A stretch of DNA of 64,000 nucleotides from Lingula anatina (lineage: Eukaryota > Animalia > Brachiopoda). The notes beneath the pieces are model-generated. The model did no database searches and was not told the DNA's origin. It was given only the letters and a program-made list of their open reading frames with translations. This document shows positions 1 through 11,285 of this stretch, one piece after another (the first letter of the stretch is position 1; every line of letters starts with the position of its first letter). The position numbers and the translations under genes were made by a program. The stretch lies in NCBI GenBank assembly GCA_051362555.1, contig CM120640.1, positions 21,824,001-21,888,000 of the forward strand. The letters run 5' to 3'.

Positions 1-16
1 TCTGAAGCTCAGGGTG
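1..16. mobile_element. Right TIR end of an Academ-like MITE (same family as 13763-14376), rest lies left of the window
   Basis: TCTGAAGCTCAGGGTG is identical to the last 16 nt of the element ending at 14376. Confidence 0.8.
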
Positions 17-3000
17 ATCTATGGCCACCTTGGGGGAAAAACTGAAAAACATTTTTCTGCAGGGTATAATATGTTCAAGTGTGGAAAAGTTAGAAATATT
101 TTGCTTCGAGAAAATCCAGAATGTGTAGAAGTAAAGGGGGTGGTAAATTCAAGCTACAAAAAAGACAATTATTCTGTATTTATTTCTATTTCAAAAAATC
201 AGATGCACATTTATGGACAGTGTAAATGTGTGTCAGGAGGCAGTGGGAAATGCAAGCATGTTGCTGCTGTACTCTTTCAGTTGTCAGATTACCAACTGAG
301 TGGTGTGAAAAACATCCCCGAGGTGCTTGCCTGCACAGAAAAGCCACGTCAATGGGGGGTGAAAAATTCTGCAGTGAAAGTGTCTGACAAATTTTCTGAC
401 TTGGTGTTTGTAAAATATGGAATGGAAAAAAACAATGAAAAGAATTTACAAAGCACAAAGAGGAGGATGGAGTTTAATAGCCTGCCCCCAAATAAGCAAG
501 CCTTACCAAAGTCCAGACTAAGAGAATTAGGGGAAGATCTTGCTGGATGGCAGAAAATGTGGAGCATAACTATCCTGAAGGTATGTATATGAATATTTTA
601 GTAATTGTTTGGGATTTTGATTTAAAAAATGATTCATAATGAACTTGTATATGCCATGGATGTGTGGGTGGATGGGTAGAAAGAAATGAAAGACTCCTAT
701 GCACATTGTCAATGTCTTGAGTATATATATATTTATATATATAGATATATATCAACCTACAATGAACTGTGCACAGGAAGGTTTAACTGTAAATTAAAAT
801 ATTAGTTTCAGTGCCCTATGGATTTGTATTAAATGTATGTAAATATAAAGAAACGTAAAAGTTCATTTAAATTTTTTTATTGATGAAAAATGAAACATCC
901 AGATTCTATTTTTCCTTATTTTTATTTTTAGTGTCGTATCTTTATGTTAGTGTTTCCAAAATTATTTGTGTGACATCATCTGAAACATTAATTTCATGTT
1001 TTTTTTTTTTTATTTTCAGGCCACTGATGCCGAGTCTGCTGTACCAGCATTGGGAGATGAAGTAAGTTTACAAGTACCTAAAGTAGTATACACGAAGAAT
1101 TGCATGATATAATTTAGTTAGATAATGGGGAAAGATTTCAACTTATTTTAATTTCATGTTTTATATAATTTTCAGGCCAATGATGACAAGTCTGCAGTAC
1201 CAGCATTGGGAGATGAAGTAAGTTTACAAGTACCTAAAGTAGTTTACAGCTATCTGGTTATTTGATCAGAATGAAGAATATTGCAAGATATAATTTAGTT
1301 AGATATAGAAAAGATTTCAACTTATTGATCCCCACCCCGCCCCAAGTTTTAACAACAAGTATCTCAGTATATACTGTGTAATTTATTTCTTTTATATAGC
1401 TTTCATTATACATTTACACGTAAAATACTTTTTCCCCTTTATGACAATATTGTAATTTGTACATGTTTTTTGATATTTTTTTTTCATTTATTACTGCAGA
1501 ATCAACTAACAGAGAAGCAGTCTGATCAGTTCTTCCCGAATAGTAAATGTCCATGCACTGAATCTAATAAAATGGCAAGTTTTTAAAATCTTCCTAAAAT
1601 TGTAATTTTACCCTTAAAAGTAAACCTGTAATTTCATCTGAACATTTATTATGTAATTCTGAATTTTAATGCAGTTGTGATATAAATAGAACTGGTTAAA
1701 AATCTTAGAGAATAACATATTGCACTTTTTAATGAACATCATGTCTTTTTTTCTCAAGCCAGTCCTTTGCCTTTTAATGTTTAATTAATAACCTTGCCTC
1801 ATTTCAGAACTTACCAATAAATCCATCAGTACCAGAAGACCTAGAAAGCATTGAATTTAAAAAGAGATGCACCAGATATGCATCTTCACTGAAACAACTG
1901 ACCAGAGGTGAGATTGACCAAGTGGAAAAGGAGACAAGAGAGCAGGCAGACAACGAGAATTGGTTCAAACATCGCAAAGGTTATACTTCAGTCAATCATA
2001 TTGAGTACTTTTTGTCTGTATTTGCATATGCCTATATTTTTTATCCAGTCCTAACTGCATTTTCCATTATTAGTAATACAGTGTATTTGCCTTCTCTACT
2101 GACATAGTAAAATATATTAAAAAGACACAAGCTGATGTTTTTTGATGAATTTACAAAAGTATTTTTGAGTTACTAGAGAGTTAAAATAATGTCCATCCTT
2201 TTAAATAGAACTTCTAGTAGCTCAAGTTGTAGTTTTAATTGATTAAACATTAGTAAAAAAAGTTTTGTTGGTTAAAATTTATATTAGCAAACAAATGATG
2301 CAGAGGCTGATAAAATAAGTTACTCTCAGTTGCAAAGCTGTCACATATGTAAAGCTAGAAAAATAATTTATGTTTTTAATCAACTTATAGGCAGGATAAC
2401 AGCTTCCCTAGCTGGTGCCATCTACAAACAGCGGGACTGCACTCCACCAGATGGTATATTAAAGCAGATATTCCAGTATCAGCCAAGACTGAACTTAAAA
2501 GCTCTGGAACATGGGAAAAAGTATGAAACTGTCGCAGTGGACATGTATAAAATAGTTATGTCTTCATGTGGAAATGTTGTAGATGTGTTACCAAGTGGAG
2601 TGATGATTGACTTTAACAATCAATTCATTGCTGCAAGTGTTGACGGTGTTGTTAAATCACATGCAGATTCACATCAGTCTGGTAACCTAGAAATCAAATG
2701 TCCTTATGTTGAGCAGAATGTAACCTTAGAAGAGTTGGCCATTGAAAGAAAATCTTTTTATTTGTCTGCTAAATCTGATTGTCAGTCAAGTTATGATCAG
2801 TACTTAGAAAGCCCAAAGATGTATTCATTTAGGTGTGAAGATATGGTATATGTGAACACTCTTGATTGTAATCTCAATATAAACACTGCTCACAACTATT
2901 ACATACAGATTCAAGTTCAAATGGGTGTGACAGGCAGGCAGTGGTGTGATTTTGTGGTCTTTCTGGTTGATCAAACCAGACTTCCCAATGTTGCTGGACA

Positions 3001-3166
3001 ATTATTTATTCAAAGGGTATTGTTTGACCAATGTTTTTATCAAAATGAACTTGTACCCAAGTTTCACAAATTTTATCTGACAGGCATTGTCCCTGAGCTT
3101 CTTACCCAAAGAGTGAAAAATGGGAGAAAGCTCTATCCAAACTCAAGCAAATACAAATACAAGTAG
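17..3166 (+). CDS. Spliced SWIM zinc finger + YqaJ/lambda-exonuclease-like protein (5' part interrupted/out of window)
   Basis: SWIM CKC-x7-CKH in first exon; in-frame GT-AG exons ..-580, 1020-1061, 1176-1217, 1808-1979, 2391-3166 join to give ETREQADNENWFKHRKG|RITAS, then ASVDG, LEIKCPY, YYIQIQVQMGVTGRQWCDFVV. Confidence 0.85.
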
Positions 3167-3542
3167 TAAAAATAACATGAGATTAAGAAAACACAAGAAA
3201 TGAAACAGACATCTTATCTTAGAAGTAAATAGTCTGTGGATTTGTTTATTAACAACAGATACATACTTTTTAAATAAATGCTCTAACAGCACTATACTGT
3301 TGCTGGGGTGATACTCTTATGTCAAGCCCTGGAGGTGCTATTGTTATATATCTGTATTATTATACACTGCTGGTGATATATGATGGCATAAGAAGCATTT
3401 ATTACTGTTTTCACTTTGAGAATAAATAAAAAATTTGGTAAACTACCACATAGTGTTGAAATTTATACTACGTTTAGAAACACCTAGTAAAAGATAGATG
3501 AAAAATCAAGAGCTTCTTTGCATTACATGTCAATCCTTCAGT

Positions 3543-5401
3543 TTATTCATTGTCTCCAACAATGGGTTTACAAGTGAAGTTTACTAAATAACAACATATA
3601 ACCCAGATTTTATTCAGTTCTGTAGCCATGGAGTTCGGAAATACAAACTGTAACAGTCGAAAGTTTTTAATACGTTCTATCACGCGTTCAACATGAATAC
3701 GCAATCTAGCAATACTCCTAGTTTCATTCTCTTCTTCAACAGACAGCTGTTCCTTGCCCTGCAAAAAAGGTGGGATGTTTAACTTCACCTTTTTGCGTGC
3801 CAGATATTCATCAATTAAAAATCCACGGTCAGCCATGACTGAGTCCTGCTCATCCAGTCCATCAATAAGTCCACTTTTCACAGTAATTTCCTTGTCGGAC
3901 ATTCTACCCGGAACTAAATCAGTAACCAAAGTAATAAACCCATTTGGAGCAATGCCAACTAAACCCTTTGCAGTGTTGTGGCTCTTATATGAGGAGTAGG
4001 TTTCTGACTGAACGCGGAAGTGTGAGGGGGTTTGAATATAGATTTCAGTGCAGTCAAGAATGATGCGGGTACTTGGATACTCCTGTTTGAAGCACTGTGG
4101 CATAAACTCCTGGACAACATCCCTGGGGGGCCATATTGGTACATCACGTAAACGTCGATACATGAAGTCGAAGTAGGTGATGCAGATTCTTGAAACTGTG
4201 GAAGCATGGATACCAAATCTAAATAAAACATAAAAAATGAACAATAGTGGCACATCCTAAATAAATATTTTCTTTTTACTATTTGTTCATAGCTTTCTTT
4301 TTTTCCTTTTATTTAATTTTATGAATTACTGACAAAATATTCTTAAATTTGTTTACCTTCTTTATATTTATTAGTGAAATGACTAACCAGATAACTTCTT
4401 CATATTATTCGATTAACAAATTATTACAATACTAGCTGTTACATTCATGTACTAAAGTACCTGTATGCTAGATCTTCTTCCAGTAATCCAACTCTCAGCC
4501 TACACAGGACCAAAAACAACTCATTCTGAGGTGTGAGGACTCTGTTTTTTCTATGTCCAGGGTTGTGTGGATCTTTCAGTGTGGATCCCCAGAACTGTAG
4601 ATGTTTAATGTCATCTTCAAGAAATTTGAAAAGGACCATGAAATGATCATAACTGCTAAAACCAGTATAAAATCGAATGGCATCTGGTTTGCTTTTAATA
4701 GCCTCAAGATTGAATGTTTTTGATTTCAGTTTTGACTTGGTTTGCTCCAGGTTTACATTAGCCAAATGATATTTTCGCCTCCAAGTTCTCATTTCTTTCT
4801 GAGCTGTTTGAAGTCGAGTTTTGGTCCGAGTCAAGTTATTCTGGACAGCAGACAGTTCATTTTGAAGTGCCGAAATTTTAGATTCCATATCTAGTATAAC
4901 TGCATCTTTCTTCCTAAGAGTATGTAAAAGGTCAGCTTTATTGTCTGAAGGCAAACAATAAGCATGTTCTTGAGTGACTGAAGTGCCATTGCCCTCCAAC
5001 GAGTCCATATCTAGTGTTTCTACCCCGGATTCTACTACAGTAGAATCGCTCAATTTATCATTTTGAACGTCGTTTGAGAAAAGATTTACCCCGACTCTCT
5101 TAATGACTGGACGTCTAGGGGTGCTTGTAGCAATAGCCTTGAGAGGGAATTCGGTGGGACAGTTGATCAGATACGTTTTTTTACCTCCTTTAAAATGTTC
5201 ACTGCACACTCGGTGCGCGGAAGTTGGTATCCACTCGCTGAATCGCCCCTGGTTTCCAGCACGTCCAATGTTTTTCAGCCATTTTTGTCGGAGTTCTGCG
5301 TTCTTGGGTATCACGTAGTATTTTAGGTGGCTTTCGCGCTTGTTATTATTGAAGCAACCCGGCACACAGCACGTGAAACCGCCTCTTTTACGGGCAGCCA
5401 T
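3543..5401 (-). CDS. THAP + coiled coil + HTH + DDE_Tnp_4 transposase (~538 aa, two exons 5401-4461 and 4218-3543)
   Basis: THAP CCVPGC...W...VCSEHF; FYTGF; splice restores DLAYR|FGIHASTVSRI; catalytic IILDCTE, MADRGF, RIHVERVI. Confidence 0.92.
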
Positions 5402-5561
5402 TGCACAATGTAAACAACAGAATCGGTAACTACATTACCCGTGATGCAACATTCTCAAAGATATTCAAGATGGCGGGTATGCAAGTCCGCTATTCTTAGG
5501 CATGTTAACAGTCTCATTATTAAACTAATAAGATACGTAAAAGTTTTTGTTTGACATTTCC

Positions 5562-5563
<2 letters not shown>

Positions 5564-5624
<61 letters not shown>
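5564..5624. repeat. (TA)n microsatellite
   Basis: Pure TA run; similar runs at ~18208-18260 and ~49037-49080. Confidence 0.95.
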
Positions 5625-5626
<2 letters not shown>

Positions 5627-6999
5627 CCATTATATATATATATAATTTTCCCTTGGGTAATTACCCTTACGAAAATTTCCTATAGGATTCCTATAGGAAA
5701 TTTCCTATAGGATCCTATAGAATTTCCTATAGGTTCCTATAGGAAATTGGCCCAATTTCCTATAGGATCCTATAGAATATCCTATAGGATCCTATAGAAT
5801 TTCCTATAGGTTCCTATAGGAAATTGGCCCAATTTCCTATAGGATCCTATAGAATATCCTATAGGATCCTATAGAATTTCCTATAGGTTCCTATAGGAAA
5901 TTGGCCCAATTTCCTATAGGATCCTATAAGATTTCCTATAGGATCCTATAGAATTTCCTATAGGTTCCTATAGGAAATTGGCCCAATTTCCTATAGGATC
6001 CTATAGGAAATCTTATAGGATCCTATAGGAAATCTTATAGGAACCTATAGAAATTTATATTAACTGTTTTGAATATTTTTACAGCTTTTTATATATTGTT
6101 GGAACTTAGGCAAAATTGGTTATAGGCACTGGTCCCTCAAAACAAAAGAGAGTATCATGTTTACATTCTTTATTCAATATATAAAAATGTATAAATGTAC
6201 ATATTCCACAGTATGCTATGCAACCAGCTTACTAGAGAATTGTTTCATAGATTTTTGCAAATTTAACGATGCTGCTACTGCTTTTGAATTATAAGTTCTA
6301 TAAGTTATCACAAGGATCAAATATGTCTTGTCAAGCTGTGGCATCACTGTCTTTTTCTTGTGTGCGTTCGAACTCCTGCCAGAATGAGTGGCTAAAACCT
6401 CCCTTGGCCAGATTGTGTACATTGTCAGCATACTGCTTTAGTCACTTAATAATTGAAGAATTTTAGACAAAAGTCTTTTGCACATTGGTCAACTTTACTG
6501 TGATAGTCTTCTTAAACTCTGTCTAAGTTGTGTTGAACCATTTGCAGACACAATCTAAAAGAAAAACATTGTGAATTTCAATTAATTGTACATGTCTACA
6601 AAAATGCAAAATGATGAAGGAAAAATTTTCTAATGAGATCAATAATAATCATTGCACCAATTTTATTTTGAGCATTTCATAGCCTTTATTAGTTAACTGT
6701 TTTTTTCAAAGACAAGGTATTAAAGCTGGATAATTTGTAAAAAAAAATTTTTAAGAACTTGAACATATTTCATAGAACCAAGCCCACAGGAACAATCAGA
6801 AACGAATTTTAAAATGCAGAAATCAGCAGTGGAGAAAACTCTACTCTGGTTAAATATGCAATTGGGCCATTACAGAGCTGTCAGGGCCAAGGGCCAGGGC
6901 CAAGTCTCAAAAACTCATGGAAAACTAATTTCCGAGGGTAAACAGTAATTCCCTATATTCTGACCAGTCTTTGCTTGACTTAAATCATCAGTCCAAACC

Positions 7000-7720
7000 A
7001 CAAAAAAAGCAACTCCAAGTTAAAATTTATAGCTTCCGTGTAAGCAAAATGGTCAGATTTTCACAATGCACATTTCATTTCCAATATGTATAGGTAAGAC
7101 CGAAAATTATGTGCTGACCTTTGATAAAGCACGGAGGGCTACATTCTGCAAACTAAGAATCAGCGCCCACTCACTCCATATTGAGAAGGGGAGGTACAGT
7201 AAACCCCCAACCCCACCCCATGTCAAATCTGTAATTCCGGAGAGGTTGAAGATGAAGTGCATTTTATTCTGAAATGCGAGGCCTATAAGGAACTACGGGC
7301 GGCTTTCTACGAAAATATAAGTTTCCTGTGTAATACTAATGCCCTCTCTCCCCCGGATATGTTTATACACATCATGAATACAAAAGAAATGGATGTGATT
7401 ACGCCCCTCCTCATATTTGTACAGAAATGCATGGAGAAGAGAGTAAGTCTTTCTGCGCATGTCCAAACCAGATCATAGTACCAGTGTGAGACCCGTTATG
7501 CGCTGTCAGCAGAGACTGGGCGTGTAGATCAAACCTGGTAAATTGATTATGGAATGCGACATTCGTATACATGTGTATAGTCACTGATTTCAACAATTGC
7601 TAATCTATATGTATATATATATATTTATTTATCTATTTATTTGTCTGTTCTATGTTCTAGCCACTAGTATCGTATTGTAATTGATTATACCTTTATGTGA
7701 AGGTGTTTGTCAATAAAGAA
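7000..7720 (+). mobile_element. 3' fragment of a non-LTR retrotransposon (CR1/L2/RTE-X-type ORF2 C-terminus)
   Basis: FCKLRISAHSLHIEKGRY...EVEDEVHFILKCEAYKELR across a frameshift; AATAAA near 7712. Confidence 0.7.
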
Positions 7721-7838
7721 TCTGATCTGGTAAGCAAAAAATATTTTTAAACAAACTATGGTGTTTACCTCACATTTATGGTTGAAAAGAAATTAAATGA
7801 AAAGAAAACTTGGCAAATAAACAATCCTGAAGAACATG

Positions 7839-7997
7839 CAGGGCTGTAGCCTGAGCAAAATGCCAGGGGGGGCAGTAAGCGGACACGAGGGGGCGAAGCC
7901 CCCGAGGGGGGAGGGGGTGTCCCCCTACCAGTGTGGAAACTTCTAAATCCCAGGGGGGGCAGCTGCCCCCCCTGCCCCCCCGGAGGCTACGGCCCTG
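7839..7997. mobile_element. hAT-type MITE family A, 5-bp TSD
   Basis: CAGGGCTGTAGCC...GGCTACGGCCCTG; TSD ACATG. Confidence 0.88.
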
Positions 7998-8708
7998 ACA
8001 TGTGAGGTAATGAAATTTGCCCTGACAGCCTCTCTAACATGTTAATTGTATGTTATTTATTAGCATAGGTCTTTCTCAGTTATATATCATGATGGTTCCT
8101 TTGAGGCAGTTGTGGATAACATTAATAGATAATTTTTAATAAATCACAAACCAAAAGTTATATGAAATGTAATTTTTTTTTTTAGATTCAACTGCATTTA
8201 TAGAAATATTTTGATGAGCAATTGATCACAGTTTTATAAGAAATAAAGAGAATAAACAGTATTTCTTTGTTGGCTAAAAGGGAAGCTATATTTTATAAAT
8301 TATAACTTGTTTAATGTAATATAGATATGATGTTTACAAGGTACACTACAAATTAGATCAATCATCTCATTTTCAATTTGATTAAATGCCCAAATGATCC
8401 AATGCATTACTGTTATACATACCTTCCTCAATCGATTTTTCTACACTCTGTACCCTTCCACTATGCTCCTGAATTTAAACTGGCTTGATAGCTGTACACT
8501 CATTTGCTGCTTGTCTCATATAGACAAAGACTTAGACAGGATACCACACATCTGATAACACCTAATAGGCGGTTACTGTTACTAGTGTAACAATAGCTAC
8601 AGGAGTAGTGACCTAATAATAGGTGCCAAGCTAACAAAAGAAATTCACAGTTGTTGAATCTATGGTTATGGTTGGTGGAGTAGGGCATTCTCTAGCTAAC
8701 ATCAGTTG

Positions 8709-8876
8709 CAGGCCCGTAGCCAGCAATTTCAAAAGGGGGGTTCTTTTTCTGAAAAAGTGGACCTTTTCCCATAAAAATGTCATGTACCTGGATCAAATTT
8801 TACCCAGAGTGGACCTTTTTCCAGCATAAGGGGCGGTTCTTTCGAACCCCCCGAACCCCCCCTGGCTACAGGCCTG
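8709..8876. mobile_element. hAT-type MITE family B, 5-bp TSD
   Basis: CAGGCCCGTAGCCAG...CTGGCTACAGGCCTG; TSD AGTTG. Confidence 0.85.
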
Positions 8877-9779
8877 AGTTGATTTCCTATAAGATTTCCT
8901 ATAGGATCCAATAGGAATTTTTGTAATGGTCTGAACATAAATTAAAAATCAAAATCATATACTAATATTTAAACCAGATTCATTATTTTTCATTCAACCT
9001 GGCTTATAAAAATTCCCTAAATGAATTATATTAGCATAGGATTTCCTATAGGTTCCTATAGAAATTCCTATAAGATTTTTGTAATGGTCTGAACATGAAT
9101 TAAAAAAAAATCAGCTTCAATGATTTGGTACAAAAACATTTCTAATGATAAAATATTTCTCTATAAAAGATTACTTTAAAATGATCAATTTTTTTCAAAA
9201 ATTCTTTAAAAAAGAAATTAAAGAATTTCTATAGAATCCTATAGAAGACTATAAGATTGTGCATTATAAACAATAAAAAGCATTTTTGCTTTAATAGTGA
9301 TATATAATTGACAATTCAACTGATAAAATGGACCTATATCAAATATCTATTGTTTAGAATGATATATGTTTATAAGATATGCATTTTTCTCAAGATTTTA
9401 ACTTACAACAATTTCCTATAGGATCCTATAGGAAATCCTATAGGAAATGTGCCCTATAGGATCCTATAAGATTTCCTATAGGACCCTATAGGATCCTATA
9501 GGAATCCTATAGGATCCTATAGGAAATTTTCGTAAGGGTACTAGCTAAATTCAGGGCTATTAAGTCATTTGCCTTATTAATTTTCAAGTGGCCATTAAAT
9601 AAGATTACATAAAACACATGTTGAGATTTTCCTCTCAAACTCAATGCTAGATTAAAAGTTTAAATAGCAGCTTTATTGGGATTTTTTTATTATGTTTTAT
9701 TTTTAATTTTTTAAAATTAATTTTTAGACACTGGCATCTTCCAGAAGCTCTTTGCATTTTCTGTATTTCCACATGAGCA

Positions 9780-10520
9780 ATTGTATTGGGTTTTATGTCT
9801 TTAAACATTCTGCAATATTATTAATCACCAACTTGGATACATGTAGGCTGATGATACTCAGATCTATACCTGCTGTGACATACAAAATCCTAAACCATCT
9901 ATGGCTAAAATTACCAACTGTGTTGCTGATATTCACGCCTGGCTCATCAACAACAAACTGAATATAAATGATGGAAAGACGGAGTTTTTTTTTTAATCAC
10001 GCAGCCACATAACAAGCAACTTGCACACACTAGTGGGCCAGATTTGGTCTTAAAATACAATTTAAGTTCACAAGTGCTCTTACACGATCTTAATCATTAC
10101 AGTAGTAGTCTTAAAATGGACTGAATCTGCTTTTTAGATCAAAAATGATCTAACATCTTCTTAAGTGGTCAAGCAGTTTCCTCCCCTCACAATGGGGGAT
10201 ACCTCCCCTCACAATAGAGGAGAATGTGTAAGGGGAGACAACTTAATTGACTGCCAGACTAGAAATGGTCTTACTCATGTTTTAAGATCATGTTAGACTA
10301 TTTGTGTTCTTAAATTGCACTTTAAGACTAAATCAAGCCCACTAGTGACAGGATCTACAAGTTGAATTACTAGTAGGCACCAGTGTTGTGAACTCTTTAC
10401 ATGGGTGTCTACTTTGATTTCACTATCTCCAAGGATAGACAAATATCAAATATCACTCAATCATGTATTTTTAACATTAGAAACATTGGTGCTAAATATT
10501 AGAAACTACCTGGATCAATC
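9780..10520 (+). pseudogene. Old L2/CR1-like LINE RT fragment, left part
   Basis: Degenerate (Y)ADDTQIY at ~9848 and CVADIHAWLINNKLNINDGKTEF; continues at 25019 after the BEL insertion. Confidence 0.7.
10028..10347. mobile_element. CACTA-ended MITE
   Basis: CACTAGTGGG...CCCACTAGTG with imperfect extended TIR; 3-bp TSD ACA. Confidence 0.8.
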
Positions 10521-10958
10521 TGTAGCAGCACGCGTCTTTAAATAAATAAATAATAAAAACTGCATCAAGTTGGTGGTAAAATCTTTATTCCCATTCGGTT
10601 CCGACGAAATATTATTCCCATTCGGTTCCGACGAAATATTATTCCCGTGGAACTAAAATAAACATAAAACATACATGTAGTCCTACGAACACATACGCTG
10701 ACATGGAAACTTCTTAAACTAACAATAATTCTGAAATTGAGTGATAAACAACTTGTAAATCGAGACGATAACTTCAAAGTTTTGATTTCTAATAAAAATA
10801 ATAATATAATGAAAGATTAAATCTTGATTTACCTCGTTTGGGGCCTAAACCTAAGAGCGTCGGACGCGTGCCGCCGTCAAGTAAAAGCTAAGTGACACTA
10901 CGTGGCAGCACTATCGGATCCAATATACAAGAGAAGCGCATGCGTAGTTACTGTTACA
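10521..10958 (-). repeat. BEL 3' LTR
   Basis: Matches 24595-25018; carries an extra ~27-bp tandem copy (ATTCCCATTCGGTTCCGACGAAATATT). Confidence 0.93.
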
Positions 10959-11104
10959 TGGCTCCTCAAAATACACATTTACATAAAATTGTATTTTCCA
11001 CAAACTTGAAATTCTCATAAGCTATTTAATGTCAGCATATAACAATATTTTAAAGATATTTAATGTCAGATGCTTGTCAAGCAACAATACTACCTTTAAC
11101 ACTT

Positions 11105-11285
11105 ACAATTATGAATCATTAAACATTGCATACTAGTTAATTAAACTAACGTTAACAATTGCAATTATAAATCTCTAAACATAACATACTAGTTAACTAA
11201 CTAACGTTAACAATTACGAATCTCTAAACATTACATACTAGTTAACTAACGTTAACAATTACGAATCTCTAAACATTACAAAATA
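11105..11285. repeat. Short tandem repeat (~45-60 bp units) in BEL 3' UTR
   Basis: Recurring CATACTAGTTAA..CTAACGTTAACAATT..AATCTCTAAACAT. Confidence 0.75.

Larger units (their letters stand above)
17..5491. mobile_element. ISL2EU-type (PIF/Harbinger-related) DNA transposon, left end outside window
   Basis: Convergent THAP-HTH-DDE transposase and SWIM-YqaJ genes, the known ISL2EU pairing; probable terminus ...GCAAGTCCGCT followed by AT (5492-5493). Confidence 0.85.
6216..8690 (-). pseudogene. Decayed BEN-domain-like gene fragments inside the EnSpm-like element
   Basis: IWPREVLATHSGRSSNAHKKKTVMPQLD resembles the BEN core; DCVCKWFNTT*TEFKKTITVKLTN after an AG acceptor near 6557; donor-flanked segment near 8421. 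Confidence 0.4.
5664..9538. mobile_element. Non-autonomous EnSpm/CACTA-like DNA transposon with CCTATAGG palindrome arrays
   Basis: TIR CCCTTACGAAAATTTCCTATAGGAT / ATCCTATAGGAAATTTTCGTAAGGG, 2-bp TSD TA; subterminal arrays at ~5677-6050 (~77 bp period) and ~9414-9525. Confidence 0.8.

Noticed and set aside
1500-1542. Possible extra micro-exon of the SWIM-YqaJ gene
   Set aside because: Good acceptor, but the nearest donor gives 43 nt, which breaks the frame
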